Assembly (NCBI GenBank): GCA_002269645.1
Contig: NIVC01002725.1
Span: 82,374-146,373, forward strand
Reading direction: 5' to 3'
DNA from: Macrostomum lignano
Lineage: Eukaryota
DNA: 64,000 nucleotides
Shown: positions 1 through 12,407 of the stretch, piece after piece
Layout of the letters: each line of letters starts with the position of its first letter
How positions within the stretch are numbered: the stretch's first letter is position 1
Notes under the pieces: generated by a model
The model's database searches: none
The model's input: only the letters and a program-made list of their open reading frames with translations
Told to the model about the DNA's origin: nothing
Made by a program: the position numbers and the translations under genes

Positions 1-1
1 G

Positions 2-1879
2 CCGAGGCACGTCGGATTAGCACAGGCTGTTCTAGTCCCAGGCCGACAGTTGCAGCAGCAGCAGCAGCAGCAACACCTGTTTCTGCAACAGCAGCATATG
101 CTAATTCGTGAGGAGCATCAAGAAGAGAATGGACAAGAGGAGTGAGTGAAAACCGTATCTTCTCTAAATGCTTAAAGCTATCCAGGGAGACGAGCTGGTA
201 AAGAAAAAGAGGAAAATACAAATGTTGCTTGTTAAGTTAAGTTAGGTTAATAAAGCTAAGGAAGAAGAATAAGGAAAGATGGCTGGGCCTAGGGGCCTGT
301 AGTGGGTGTTGGTGAGGGTAAGGAAGGAAAATAAAGAGACATGGCTAGGCCCAGGGTGTGAGTTGGGTGTTGGTGAGGGTAAGGAAGGAAAATAAAGAGA
401 CATGGCTAGGCCCAGGGTGTGAGGTGGGTGTTGGTGAGGGTAAGGAAGGAAAATAAAGAGACATGGCTAGGCCCAGGGTGTGAGTTGGGTGTTGGTGAGG
501 GTAAGGAAGGAAAATAAAGAGACATGGCTAGGCCCAGGGTGTGAGGTGGGTGTTGGTGAGGGTAAGGAAGGAAAATAAAGAGACATGGCTAGGCCCAGGG
601 TGTGAGTTGGGTGTTGGTGAGGGTAAGGAAGGAAAATAAAGAGACATGGCTAGGCCCAGGGTGTGAGGTGGGTGTTGGTGAGGGTAAGGAAGGAAAATAA
701 AGAGACATGGCTAGGCCCAGGGTGTGAGGTTGGTGTTGGTGAGGGTAAGGAAGGAAAATAAAGAGACATGGCTAGGCCCGGGGTGTGATGTGGGTGTTGG
801 TGAGCGTAAGGAAGGAAAATAGAGACATGGCTAGGCCCAGGGTGTGAGGTGGGTGTTGGTGAGAGTAAGGAAGGAAAATAAAGAGACATGGCTAGGCCCG
901 GGGTGTAATGTGGGTGTTGGTGAGGGTAAGGAAGGAAAATAAAGAGACATGGCTAGGCCCGGGGTGTAATGTGGGTGTTGGTGAGCGTAAGGAAGGAAAA
1001 TAAAGAGACATGGCTAGGCCCAGGGTGTGAGTTTGGTGTTGGTAAGGGTAAGGAAGGAAAATAAAGAGACATGGCTAGGCCCGGGGGCGTGTGGTGGGTG
1101 TTGGTGAGAGTAAGGAAGGAAAATAGAGACATGGCTAGGCCCAGGGTGTGAGGTGGGTGTTGGTGAGAGTAAGGAAGGAAAATAAAGAGACATGGCTAGG
1201 CCCAGGGTGTGATGTGGGTGTTGGTGAGGGTAAGGAAGGAAAATAAAGAGACATGGCTAGGCCCGGGGTGTGAGGTGGGTGTTGGTGAGAGTAAGGAAGG
1301 AAAATAAAGAGACATGGCTGGACCCGAAAGCATGAGGTGGGTGTTGGTGAGGGGTTACGAAAAAAAGCATTAACTCAGACAAGTACATGTATAATTAGCG
1401 TTGCTATTTTTAGAAGCAAAAAACCAATATACTGAAATTAATGCTTGGATTGTAGTAGCGTCCGCAGTTGCGACTCAGGCTACGGCGGAACCCAACAGCA
1501 ACAGCAGCAGCAGCAGCAGCAGCAGCAATCGCAGCTGCAGCAGAGGCAACAACAATCGAACGGACTGCAGTCGCTTCATCGGATGCACAGCTCAGACTCC
1601 AGCGTTGATTCTTCGAGAACAAATCTGCGGCAGCAACAACAGCAGCAGCAGCATCACGTGACCTTTCATCCGACGCCCTGCGTCATCCATCACTATCAGG
1701 ACTCGATGACGAACCAGCCGCCATCGCCGTGTCCGCTGCACAGCTTTCAGCTGGCCCAGAGCCCGTCCAGACACCAGATGGCAGCTTCAACCAGTCTGGG
1801 CAGCTTTGTTAGTTTCGACACCTCGAACAGGCGACCGCCTCCGCCAATTGTTGAAGACCAGCCGGTGTCCGAGGTGTGA
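2..1879 (+). CDS. 3' end of an unidentified Gln-rich protein gene (exons <2..141 and 1456..1879)
   Basis: Frame from nt 2 reads ...QQQQQQHLFLQQQHMLIREEHQEENGQE, with donor GTGAGT at 142 (phase 2). Acceptor TTGTAG ends at 1455 and the joined frame continues D-SVRSCDSGYGGTQQQ...VEDQPVSEV* (TGA 1877-1879). No recognisable domain. Confidence 0.7.
286..1355. repeat. 61-bp minisatellite, about 17-18 copies, filling the last intron of gene 1
   Basis: Unit GGCTAGGCCCAGGGTGTGAGGTGGGTGTTGGTGAGGGTAAGGAAGGAAAATAAAGAGACAT recurs at 343, 404, etc. Confidence 0.97.
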
Positions 1880-2504
1880 CACACAGCGTGATTAAGTGGA
1901 ACCTGTTGAGATCTGACCTGACTCAAGATGCTTCTTGTTTTCTGCGCCTAGATATGAAACAGTCTCCATGCTTATGAAAATCCGCGAGGTTGTTCCCAAA
2001 TTGAATTTTAAATCTGGGCACAATGGCTTGCAGATCAACTGTAATCTGCTTAGAACTATCATCTGTTGTTTAGCGATCTACAATAGCACGTGAATGCAAT
2101 TGTTGTAATCTTCATTCGCATACAATTATACTATAAAAACTACTGCCGATTATTGCATATCATGCTGTCATGTCCCAATCGCACTACTCACTGTCAGTTG
2201 CTCAGTAGTATAATTCTAGTAATATTTATTCATTACCGTATGCAATAGATAATTCGATCACAACTTTAGAAAAATTACGAGTATTTGTTTTATTTCTAAG
2301 AAAAATTGGACACTGAAACAGGATGAACTTGTATAAATAAATTGTTGCAATGACTTTTCTACCGCTTTGACTTTTTAGAATAATAACCGAATTCCCAACA
2401 AATGACTGTATAGATCTTGAATACGAAATTTTTAACAACTAAATAGTAAATTTCAGTCTTTTCCCTTAAAAATTGTACTTCCTCCATTTCCTCTGCTCAC
2501 GTAT

Positions 2505-2875
2505 CCCTTCTATCCTCTCCCCTCCTCTCCTCTCCTCTGCTCTCCTCTCCTCTCCTCTCCTCTCCTCTCCTCTCCTCTCCTCTCCTCTCCTCTCCTCTCC
2601 TCTCCTCTCCTCTCCTCTTCTCTCCTCTCCTCTCCTCTCCTCTCCTCTCCTCTCCTCTCCTCTCCTCTCCTCTCCTCTCCTCTCCTCTCCTCTCCTCTCC
2701 TCTCCTCTCCTCTCCTCTCCTCTCCTCTCCTCTCCTCTCCTCTCCTCTCCTCTCCTCTCCTCTCCTCTCATCTCCTCTCCTTTCCTCTCCTCTCCTCTCC
2801 TCTCCTCTCCTCTCTGTCCTCTTCTGTCCTCTCTTCTTCACTTACCCTCCTCTCCCCACCTGCCTCTCATCCCTT
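2505..2875. repeat. (CTCTC)n pentanucleotide microsatellite
   Basis: Directly visible; it produces the spurious RGEER/SSPLL ORFs. Confidence 0.98.
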
Positions 2876-4634
2876 ATCTCGTTAACAAATAAGCCGCTGA
2901 CATTCAGTAATTCACAATCGCACCAGCTGCGCACCTGTCGGGCACAGGTGCACGGCTCCACCTTCGCAATAAATAGATTTTAATCATAAGCCAATAATTC
3001 ATTCCGAATTTCATCTCTAGCGATGCAGACACATAGCTACACCTTGACCCACATCTCTCTATAGGCAGATGGCCCAGGCTAGATAAAGAACGCGATCTTA
3101 CAGTGCAGTTTGCTTAAAACTTTGATTACAGCAGCCCCTATGCGCGTACAGCTCGTGATTATAATTTTCGCAAAGCAACACAAGCCTCTGTTTAGATCGG
3201 CTCTGATTTAACCAATTGGCTTTTCGGATCAGAGATAAAGCTCAAAGCCGCTGCTGCTATGCAAAATCCACACTAAATCTGGGGTTGGGGGCATATTTGC
3301 ACAGTTTAAACAAATGTTTCATAAGCGCGGCAGTTCAATAGGGTAATGGGGGCAGGAGATTGCGGTCGCAGTATGTTCTCTGACGTCACGAAGGTATTAC
3401 CGGCATTCATACTTTTGTTTAACTTTTCGCTCTGTTCAATCTGAATCTGGAAACTTCTGCATATAGTAACTATGCTAAGTGCCAGGGACCTTTGGAATTT
3501 AGATTTACTTGACTGGGAGCAGATCTGCCAAAATTGTTTATTAAATGCCTTTTTTAATTTCCAAACTATTTTATTTTTGTTATACTCGTACTAGCTATAT
3601 TTTCGGTTAATTTGTTCTGCAATCAGCTTTTGAAAATTATGTTTGATTAAAATCCTAAAATATTTTGAAAAAAAACGAAGAAATGAAGTAAAATAAAATA
3701 TTTATGAAATCATCAATAAATATGAATTTAAAAAGTACAAAAATGCAGAAAATCAAGTTGCAAATTGCTGCTATTTATTTTTATTTTTAACTATTTTACG
3801 ATGATTCGTTTGATAATTGAATGCATTAAAAGAATTAACCAGTTGTCCAAGCACAAATATACATAGTTACGAGTATATTTTTCAATAGTTTGGCAGAGGC
3901 TATTCGTACTTTATAAAAGCCGAAAAATCGAGATATAAAAATCTAAAAAATCTTTAAAAAACAAAGTTTTTGACAAGCGGTTTGAAAAGGATTTGTATAC
4001 TATCTAGCTTTTGTTTTAACCTAACGATGTTTACCATGGGCCTATCGTACAAATAATATACTACGAAAATGCACCAATGAAAACTAAATACTAACAATTC
4101 CTCCGCGCCCTACAACGATTTAAACAAAAATGAACTACGCTAACAAATTAACAAATTTAAAGCAAATACTGTACCGTTCCCAACCAGTTTGTGTGTCAAA
4201 ATCGATCTTGCGTGTCGCGTTGTGTGTGGGCACCTGCTGGCACCTGCCAGGGCAAAACCGAGATCATGTAGGTCCCTTGATCCAGGAACAGTGCAACGTC
4301 CGACATTAATATTATTTGAACATATTATAAACACTGGCAGCTTAGATAGCAGTTCAGATAGCTTCCATGCCCACCTCTCAAACGGCCGCGGGCAAGCATT
4401 TTAGAAGCCAAGCTAAAAGAACACTGACTGATCCTGGCAACCCTGCGAGCCCCGTATTATAAACACAAGCCTGGAATTTCTGCCAGAAAAACTGCAGTTA
4501 AAACGATTCAACCACTTGAATAAGTCCCTTTTTAATTCGGTTTGCAAAATCAAAACTTCCTACAAAAAATTGCAAGCGCAAAGTTGGCAAATATAGTTGG
4601 GAATTATCTGGGTTTTTCTGCGCGCCCTAGAACC

Positions 4635-5165
4635 CAAAACTGTGCGAAATAGAACCCGAATCTGAGCGAAATAGAACCCAAATCTGAGCGAAATAGAACC
4701 CGAATCTGAGCGAAATAGAACCCAAATCTGTGCGAAATAGAACCCGAATCTGAGCAAAATAGAACCCGAATATGTGCGCCCTAGAAGCCGAATCTGTGCG
4801 AAATAGAACCAGAATCTGTGCGAAATAGAACCCAAATCTGAGCGAAATAAAACCCAAATCTGTGCGAAATAGAACCCGAATCTGAGCGAAATAGAACCCA
4901 AATCTGTGCGAAAAAGAACCCGATTTTGCGCGCCCTAGAACCCGATTTTGCGCGCCCTAGAACCCGATTTTGCGCGCCTTAGAACCCGAATCTGCGCGCC
5001 CTAGAACCCGAATCTGCGCGCCCTAGAACCCGAATCTGCGCGCCCTAGAACCCGAATCTGCGCGCCCTAGAACCCGAATCTGCGCGCCCTAGAACCCGAT
5101 TTTGCGCTCCCTAGAACCCGATTTTGCGCTCCCTAGAACCCGAATCTGCGCGCCCTAGAACCTGA
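4635..5165. repeat. 22-bp minisatellite with two sequence variants in succession
   Basis: AGAACCCGAATCTGAGCGAAAT units change to AGAACCCGAATCTGCGCGCCCT after about 4920. Confidence 0.96.
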
Positions 5166-5857
5166 TTCTTTTCCTAATTGATAAGTGCAATACCATAGCT
5201 TTCTGCGAAATGTCCCGCGAGGCCCAAAGTAGACATATCTGTCCAAACATTCGAAGCAATGCTTTGAGATGAAATCTTCTCGCTAATAAATGTTGCCATA
5301 TACAGTCACGTGCTTTGGTCAGTTTTTCCCGAAAAGTATGGAAAGCCAAATATTGAATCGAATCTGTTGCGACCCGAAGTCGTGCCGGAATTCAACCCAG
5401 GGATTTTTGTTTTGCTTGTGCTTTTTCGATTTTTCTTCAAAAACTGATTTCATTTTGTCGCTTTTGCTTTGGTTTGATCAGTGGGAGCTGGGATTTTCTA
5501 AGAAACTAGAATAGAGAATAATTAACAGAAATTTCGAGGAAATCATTTATCTCGGTGTACAGAAAATGCATTAGCATATATTAATAAATTTAGTTTTCTG
5601 AACTCTTCTGAAAAGCTGCCACACCTGGCTTTAACTACCCACTCTGCTTACCCGGCTGGGTTGCTCTTTGATGGCACTTGTGGTGTCCGGTTTCTGTCGC
5701 GTGCGATCTTCTTAACCTCCGTCTTTGCCTGTCCATGGACGTTTAAACAGAAAAGAACCTGGAACAAGAGACTCCTAAATTCGAATGAATTTGCAGAATA
5801 ATACCAATTACTTCGTACTTGTCAACGCTGCCTCAGTTATCAAGATGTCTTAGGTGG

Positions 5858-7682
5858 GCGTCCTGTCTCTTGGTGAGCGCCACTGTCTCTTGGTGAGCGC
5901 CACTGTCTCTTGGTGAGCACCCCTGTCTCTTGGTGGGCGTCCTGTCTCTTGGTGAGCGCCACTGTCTCTTGGTGAGCGCCCCTGTCTCTTGGTGAGCACC
6001 CCTGCCTCTTGGTGGGTGTCCCTGTCTCTTGGTGAGCGCCCCTGTCTCTTGGTGGGTGTCCCTGTCTCTTGGTGAGCGCCCCTGTCTCTTGGTGGGTGTC
6101 CCTGTCTCTTGGTTAGCGCCCCTGTCTGTTGGTGAGCGTCCCTGTCTGTTGGTGAGCGCCCCTGTCTGTTGGTTAGCGTCCCTATCTCTTGGTGAGCACC
6201 CCTGTCTCTTGGTGAGCGCCACTGTCTCTTGGTGAGCACCCCTGTCTCTTGGTGAGCGCCACTGTCTCTTGGTGAGCGCCACTGTCTCTTGGTGAGCACC
6301 CCTGTCTCTTGGTGGGCGTCCTGTCTCTTGGTGAGCGCCACTGTCTCTTGGTGAGCGCCACTGTCTCTTGGTGAGCACCCCTGCCTCTTGGTGGGTGTCC
6401 CTGTCTCTTGGTGAGCGCCCCTGTCTCTTGGTGAGCGCCCCTGTCTCTTGGTGAGCGCCCCTGTCTCTTGGTGGGTGTCCCTGTCTCTTGGTTAGCGCCC
6501 CTGTCTGTTGGTGAGCGTCCCTGTCTGTTGGTGAGCGCCCCTGTCTGTTGGTTAGCGTCCCTATCTCTTGGTGAGCGCCCCTGTCTGTTGGTGAGCGCCC
6601 CTGTCTGTTGGTGAGCGCCCCTGTCTGTTGGTGAGCGCCCCTGTCTGTTGGTGAGCGCCCCTGTCTGTTGGTGAGCGTCCCTGTCTGTTGGTGAGCGCCC
6701 CTGTCTGTTGGTTAGCGTCCCTATCTCTTGGTGAGCGCCCCTGTCTGTTGGTGAGCGCCCCTGTCTGTTGGTGAGCGTCCCTGTCTCTTGGTGAGCGCCC
6801 CTGTCTGTTGGTTAGCGTCCCTATCTCTTGGTGAGCGCCCCTGTCTGTTGGTGAGCGTCCTTGTCTCTTGGTGGGTGTCCCTGTCTCTTGGTGAGCGCCC
6901 CTGTCTCTTGGTGAGCGCCCCTGTCTCTTGGTGGGTGTCCCTGTCTCTTGGTGAGCGCCCCTGTCTCTTGGTGGGTGTCCCTGTCTCTTGGTGAGCGCCC
7001 CTGTCTCTTGGTGGGTGTCCCTGTCTCTTGGTGAGCGCCCCTGTCTCTTGGTGAGCGCCCCTGTCTCTTGGTGGGTGTCCCTGTCTCTTGGTGAGCGCCC
7101 CTGTCTCTTGGTGAGCGCCCCTGTCTCTTGGTGAGCGCCCCTGTCTCTTGGTGAGCGCCCCTGTCTCTTGGTGAGCGCCCCTGTCTCTTGGTGAGCGCCC
7201 CTGTCTCTTGGTGAGCGCCCCTGTCTCTTGGTGAGCGCCCCTGTCTCTTGGTGAGCGCCCCTGTCTCTTGGTGAGCGCCCCTGTCTCTTGGTGAGCGCCC
7301 CTGTCTCTTGGTGAGCGTCCCTGTCTGTTGGTGAGCGCCACTGTATCTTGGTTAGCGCCCCTGTCTGTTGGTGAGCGTCCCTGTCTGTTGGTGAGCGTCC
7401 CTGTCTCTTGGTGAGCGTCCCTGTCTGTTGGTGAGCGCCACTGTATCTTGGTTAGCGCCCCTGTCTGTTGGTGAGCGCCACTGTATCTTGGTTAGCGCCC
7501 CTGTCTGTTGGTGAGCGTCCCTGTCTGTTGGTGAGCGTCCTTGTCTGTTGGTGAGCGTCCCTGTCTGTTGGTGGGCGCCCCTGTCTTTTGGTGAGCGTCC
7601 CTGTCTCTTGGTGAGCGTCCCTGTCTGTTGGTGAGCGTCCCTGTCTCTTGGTGAGCGCCCCTGTCTCTTGGTGGGTGTCCCT
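5858..7682. repeat. 20-bp minisatellite (CTGTCTCTTGGTGAGCGCCC), about 90 copies
   Basis: Directly visible; the array ends about 730 bp upstream of the transporter ATG. Confidence 0.98.
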
Positions 7683-8409
7683 ATTCCCTTTGGCCACTGC
7701 ACACCACCTTCCAGAGGTGTCAAACGTCGTTGAGTTTCTATCATTCGTCAGACTATCAGTGTTCTTCAACAGCAGACTATCATAAATATCTAGAAGAATT
7801 AAAGTTGCACTTTTTCCTATAACTACAAAGTTTTAATCCTCATACTACGAAATTTCGAGACCTTGGTACCTGCAGTACTATCTAGATTAATTGAAATTCT
7901 AGTTGTTTACTCTTATTTAAATATGCAGAAATTGTGTTGTCACTCAATTATCAGTTTCCAGTTCAGGTCTCTTCTAATTTGCAGCGTCCATGGTCTCTCT
8001 CTGTCTCCCTTCCCCATAGCTTCCCTCTGCTAATGGTTCAGCTTTGATTAATCATGAAGTCGTAAATCGCGAATTGAAAAGGAAGGAGCAGCGCAGGTTA
8101 TCAAGTTTCTGCACTCCAGATAGCCAGAGAGAGAGAGAGAGAAAGATAGAGAGATAGAGAGATAGGAACTAGTCTAATTTCAACCCAACTGCTTGGTTAT
8201 CAACGATTAGCAAATAAGAAAAGCCAGCCAATGAAATCTCTGGCCTGGACCAAATAAAAAGCAGTATTCGCGATAACGGATCGTCTCCAACCCCCTCCGC
8301 TACTAACACTTGAGACACAAGAAGATACGAGCGTACTATGCAAGGAAGCACCCGTTCCTTTTATTGAAATACTGCACTGACTTATACTGCACTTAACAGC
8401 AAAAGCCAG

Positions 8410-11400
8410 ATGGACAATTCGTCACCAGATGAACAGTTTGGCATGACCCCAAGATTTGCAGTTAAGAAAACGATCAATAATGACGAGGAAGTGTCGATGC
8501 CGTTGAGCCATCCGACGGATGGCGACAAGGCGGAGAGAGCCGGATCCGAAGGCGAGCCGAGCGAGGCCAGGGTGCAGTGGAACAGCAAGATGGAATTCCT
8601 GCTGTCAACCATTGGGTTTGCCGTCGATTTGTCCAACGTGTTCAGATTTCCAAACACGTGCTACAGCAACGGTGGAGGTGAGGTTGAGAATTTAGCTGTA
8701 ATAAACCGGCCAATTTTCGTGCACACAAGCCCCAAATTAATGGTGGCCACGACAACCCACCACCGGCCAATTTTCATGCACACAAGCCCCAAATGAATGG
8801 TGGCCGCGACAACCCACCACCGGCCAATTTTCGTGCACACAAGCCCCAAATGAATGGTGGCCGCGACAACCCACCACCGGTCAATTTTCGTGCACACAAG
8901 CCCTAAATGAATGGCGGCTACGACAACCCACCACCGGCCAATTTTCGTGCACACAAGCCCTAAATGAATGGGGGCTACGACAACCCACCACCGGCCAATT
9001 TTCGTGCACACAAGCCCCAAATAAACGGTGGCCGCGACAACCCACCACCGGCCAATTTTCGTGCACACAAGCCCCAAATGAATGGTGGCCGCGACAACCC
9101 ACCACCGGCCAATTTTCGTGCACACAAGCCCCAAATGAACGGTGGCCGCGACAACCCACCATCGGCCAATTTTCGTGCACACAAGCCCCAAATGAATGGT
9201 GGCCGCGACAACCCACCATCGGCCAATTTTCATGCACACAAGCCCCAAATGAATGGTGGCCGCGACAACCCACCACCGGCCAATTTTCGTGTACACAAGC
9301 CCCCAAATTAATGGTGGCCACGACAACCCACCACCGGCCAATTTTCGTGCACACAAGCCCCAAATGAATGGTGGCCGCGACAACCCACCACCGGCCAATT
9401 TTCGTGCACACAAGCCCCAAATGAATGGTGGCCACGACAACCCACCACCAGCCAATTTTCGTGCACACAAGCCCCAAATGAATGGTGGCCGCGACAACCC
9501 ACCACCGGCCAATTTTCGTGCACACAAGCCCCAAATGAACGGTGGCCGCGACAACCCACCATCGGCCAATTTTCGTGCACACAAGCCCCAAATGAATGGT
9601 GGCCGCGACAACCCACCATCGGCCAATTTTCATGCACACAAGCCCCAAATGAATGGTGGCCGCGACAACCCACCACCGGCCAATTTTCGTGCACACAAGC
9701 CCCAAATGAATGGTGGCCACGACAACCCACCACCAGCCAATTTTCATGCACACAAGCCCCAAATGAATGGTGGCCGCGACAACCCACCACCGGCCAATTT
9801 TCGTGCACACAAGCCCCAAATGAACGGTGGCCGCGACAACCCACCATCGGCCAATTTTCGTGCACACAAGCCCCAAATGAATGGTGGCCACGACAACCCA
9901 CCACCGGCCAATTTTCGTGCACACAAGCCCCAAATGAATGGTGGCCACGACAACCCACCACCGGCCAATTTTCGTGCACACAAGCCCCAAATGAATGGTG
10001 GCCGCGACAACCCACCACCGGCCAATTTTCGTGCACACAAGCCCCAAATGAACGGTGGCCGCGACAACCCACCACCGGCCAATTTTCGTGCACACAAGCC
10101 CCAAATGAATGGTGGCCACGACAACCCACCACCGGCCAATTTTCGTGCACACAAGCCCCCAAATTAATGGTGGCCACGACAACCCACCACCGGCCAATTT
10201 TCATGCACACAAGCCCCAAATTAATGGTGGCCACGACAACCCACCACCGGCCAATTTTCATGCACACAAGCCCCAAATTAATGGTGGCCACGACAACCCA
10301 CCACCGGCCAATTTTCGCGCATTTAATTTAATCCAAGATAGGTTTGCCAATGTAACAGAGCTTTTGTCTATGGTAGCAAGGCTGCCACAGCGGCACTCAA
10401 TTCGGTCCATAGCTTTATTTGCAACTGTTGCGAAGGAGCAAGATCAGCCCCAGAATTGTGAACCATGCTAGCTTGTGGAACGAATGCCACTGGCTTGTGA
10501 TCAAAGCACTCAACAGAGGTGAACACCCAAAGGACATTGCAATGTTGCTGAACATAGAAGAAAGATGGTTTACAGCATCCATCAGCGTGTTGAAACCACT
10601 TCTGGCAGAGGTCGCCTGTGAAAGGTGGCAATCGCCAAGGCAAGTTGCTAGAGACTCAGGTCCAACTGCTACTCGATGCAATTGAGACGAACCCTTTGTT
10701 GACGTTGCAGAAATGCAGCAGCAGTTGAAGGAACAGTTCCAGTTGGTTATCAGATTTGGACCATCAGCAGAGCTCTGGAAAAGCAACTGAAAAATGCTGG
10801 TACAGACGCTGACATTCCATCGGTGCGCAACAACCCTTAGGCGGTTGCGAGAAGGTAGGAGTTTGCCATTGGCTCACAAGCATTTGGACCAAATTGATGC
10901 TTGTTGAACTAAATTAAAGGCCGCTGCGCCAGCCTTGCTACCATAGACAAAAGCTCCGTTACTTACATTGGCAAACGTATCTTGGATTAAATTCAATGTG
11001 CGTAAGCCCAAATGTTTGCAAATCTGAAAGGGAATCGTGAATTTTAGGATTTCAGAAATAAAAATGGCGGTAAGTTGGATAAATTAAATATTTCAGAATC
11101 TTAATTAATTCTAGAAGAATCCAAAAAAATCTAGAAATAAGCACTGAAAAGCTCAAACTGAGGCCTTCGTAGACTTTTTCAATAGCAGTGGACAAAACTG
11201 AAATCAATTATGATTGTCGTTTTTCTGCTTTTAGGAGCCTTTCTAATCCCGTATTTCTGCATGCTGGCTCTGTGCGCCCTGCCCCTGTTCTATATGGAGC
11301 TGCTGCTGGGCCAGTACAATCGGCAGGGCTGCATCAGCGTCTGGAATAAAGTCTGCCCTATTATGAAAGGTACGCGGGCTTGCTGGGATTTCACCTATGT

Positions 11401-12331
11401 TTTACGCTATTACTAGTCTAGCCAATCGAATTAAGGTAAGATAAAATCGCTGTACATTGGAAGGGTAAGCAACTAAGTTGCTGACTAGGCGAGAAAGGTC
11501 AGGTAGGTGGGTGGCTACTGAATATACGGGGTAAGAGGGGTGATGGGGGTGGCTGTTCAATAGACGGGGGTAAGAGGGGTGGTGGGGGTGGCTGTTCAAT
11601 AGACGGGGTAAGAGGGGTGGTGGGGGTGGCTGTTCAATAGACGGGGGTAAGAGGGGTGGTGGGGGTGGCTGTAATAGACGGGGGTAAATAGGTGTGGTGG
11701 GGTGGCTGTTCAATACACAAGGGTAAGAGGGGTGGTGGGGTGGCTATTCAATACACAAGGGTAAGAGGGGTGGTGGGGTGGTTTTTCAATAGACAGGGTA
11801 AGAGGGGAGGAGGGGTGGCTTCTCAATAAATAGACGGGGTAAGAGGGGTGGCTGTTCAATACGAGCGTAGACATGGTAAGAGGGGTGGCTGTTCAATACG
11901 AGCGTAGACATGGTAAGAGGGGTAGCGAGGTGGCTGTTTAAGGAGCCGGGCTCATGATTAATTCCTCATACGTAGATGTGGCTAATACGAAATACGTGGC
12001 TAATACGTAGCTTCTATCGTAACAACTACAGGTGTCGGCGTTGCCTCATGCGTAATGAACTTCTACGTTGCCCTTTTCTATAATTCGGTCATCGCTTGGT
12101 CATTCTATTACCTGTTTTCTTCATTCACAAGCGTACTGCCGTGGACTCGATGCGACCAGACTTATAATACGGAATTCTGCTGGAACGATGCCAAACAAGA
12201 GACCTGTCTGCTGGGTTTCAACGGATCTGCGATTGGGAATTTTACTGAGTGGTCGGGTAACGGGAGCATCTGCCATCCGGACAGTAGGAGAGTCTCCTCC
12301 GCGTCTGAGTACTTTGAGTGAGCAGATAGGC

Positions 12332-12407
<76 letters not shown>

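Noticed and set aside
3385-3410. TCACGAAGGT resembling part of U1 snRNA
   Set aside because: The match is only about 10 nt; there is no 5' ATACTTACCTG and no Sm site.
8661-10291. Long ORFs of 300-440 aa ([18 protein letters not shown] repeats and the reverse frames)
   Set aside because: They are translations of a 57-bp intronic minisatellite, open in several frames on both strands.
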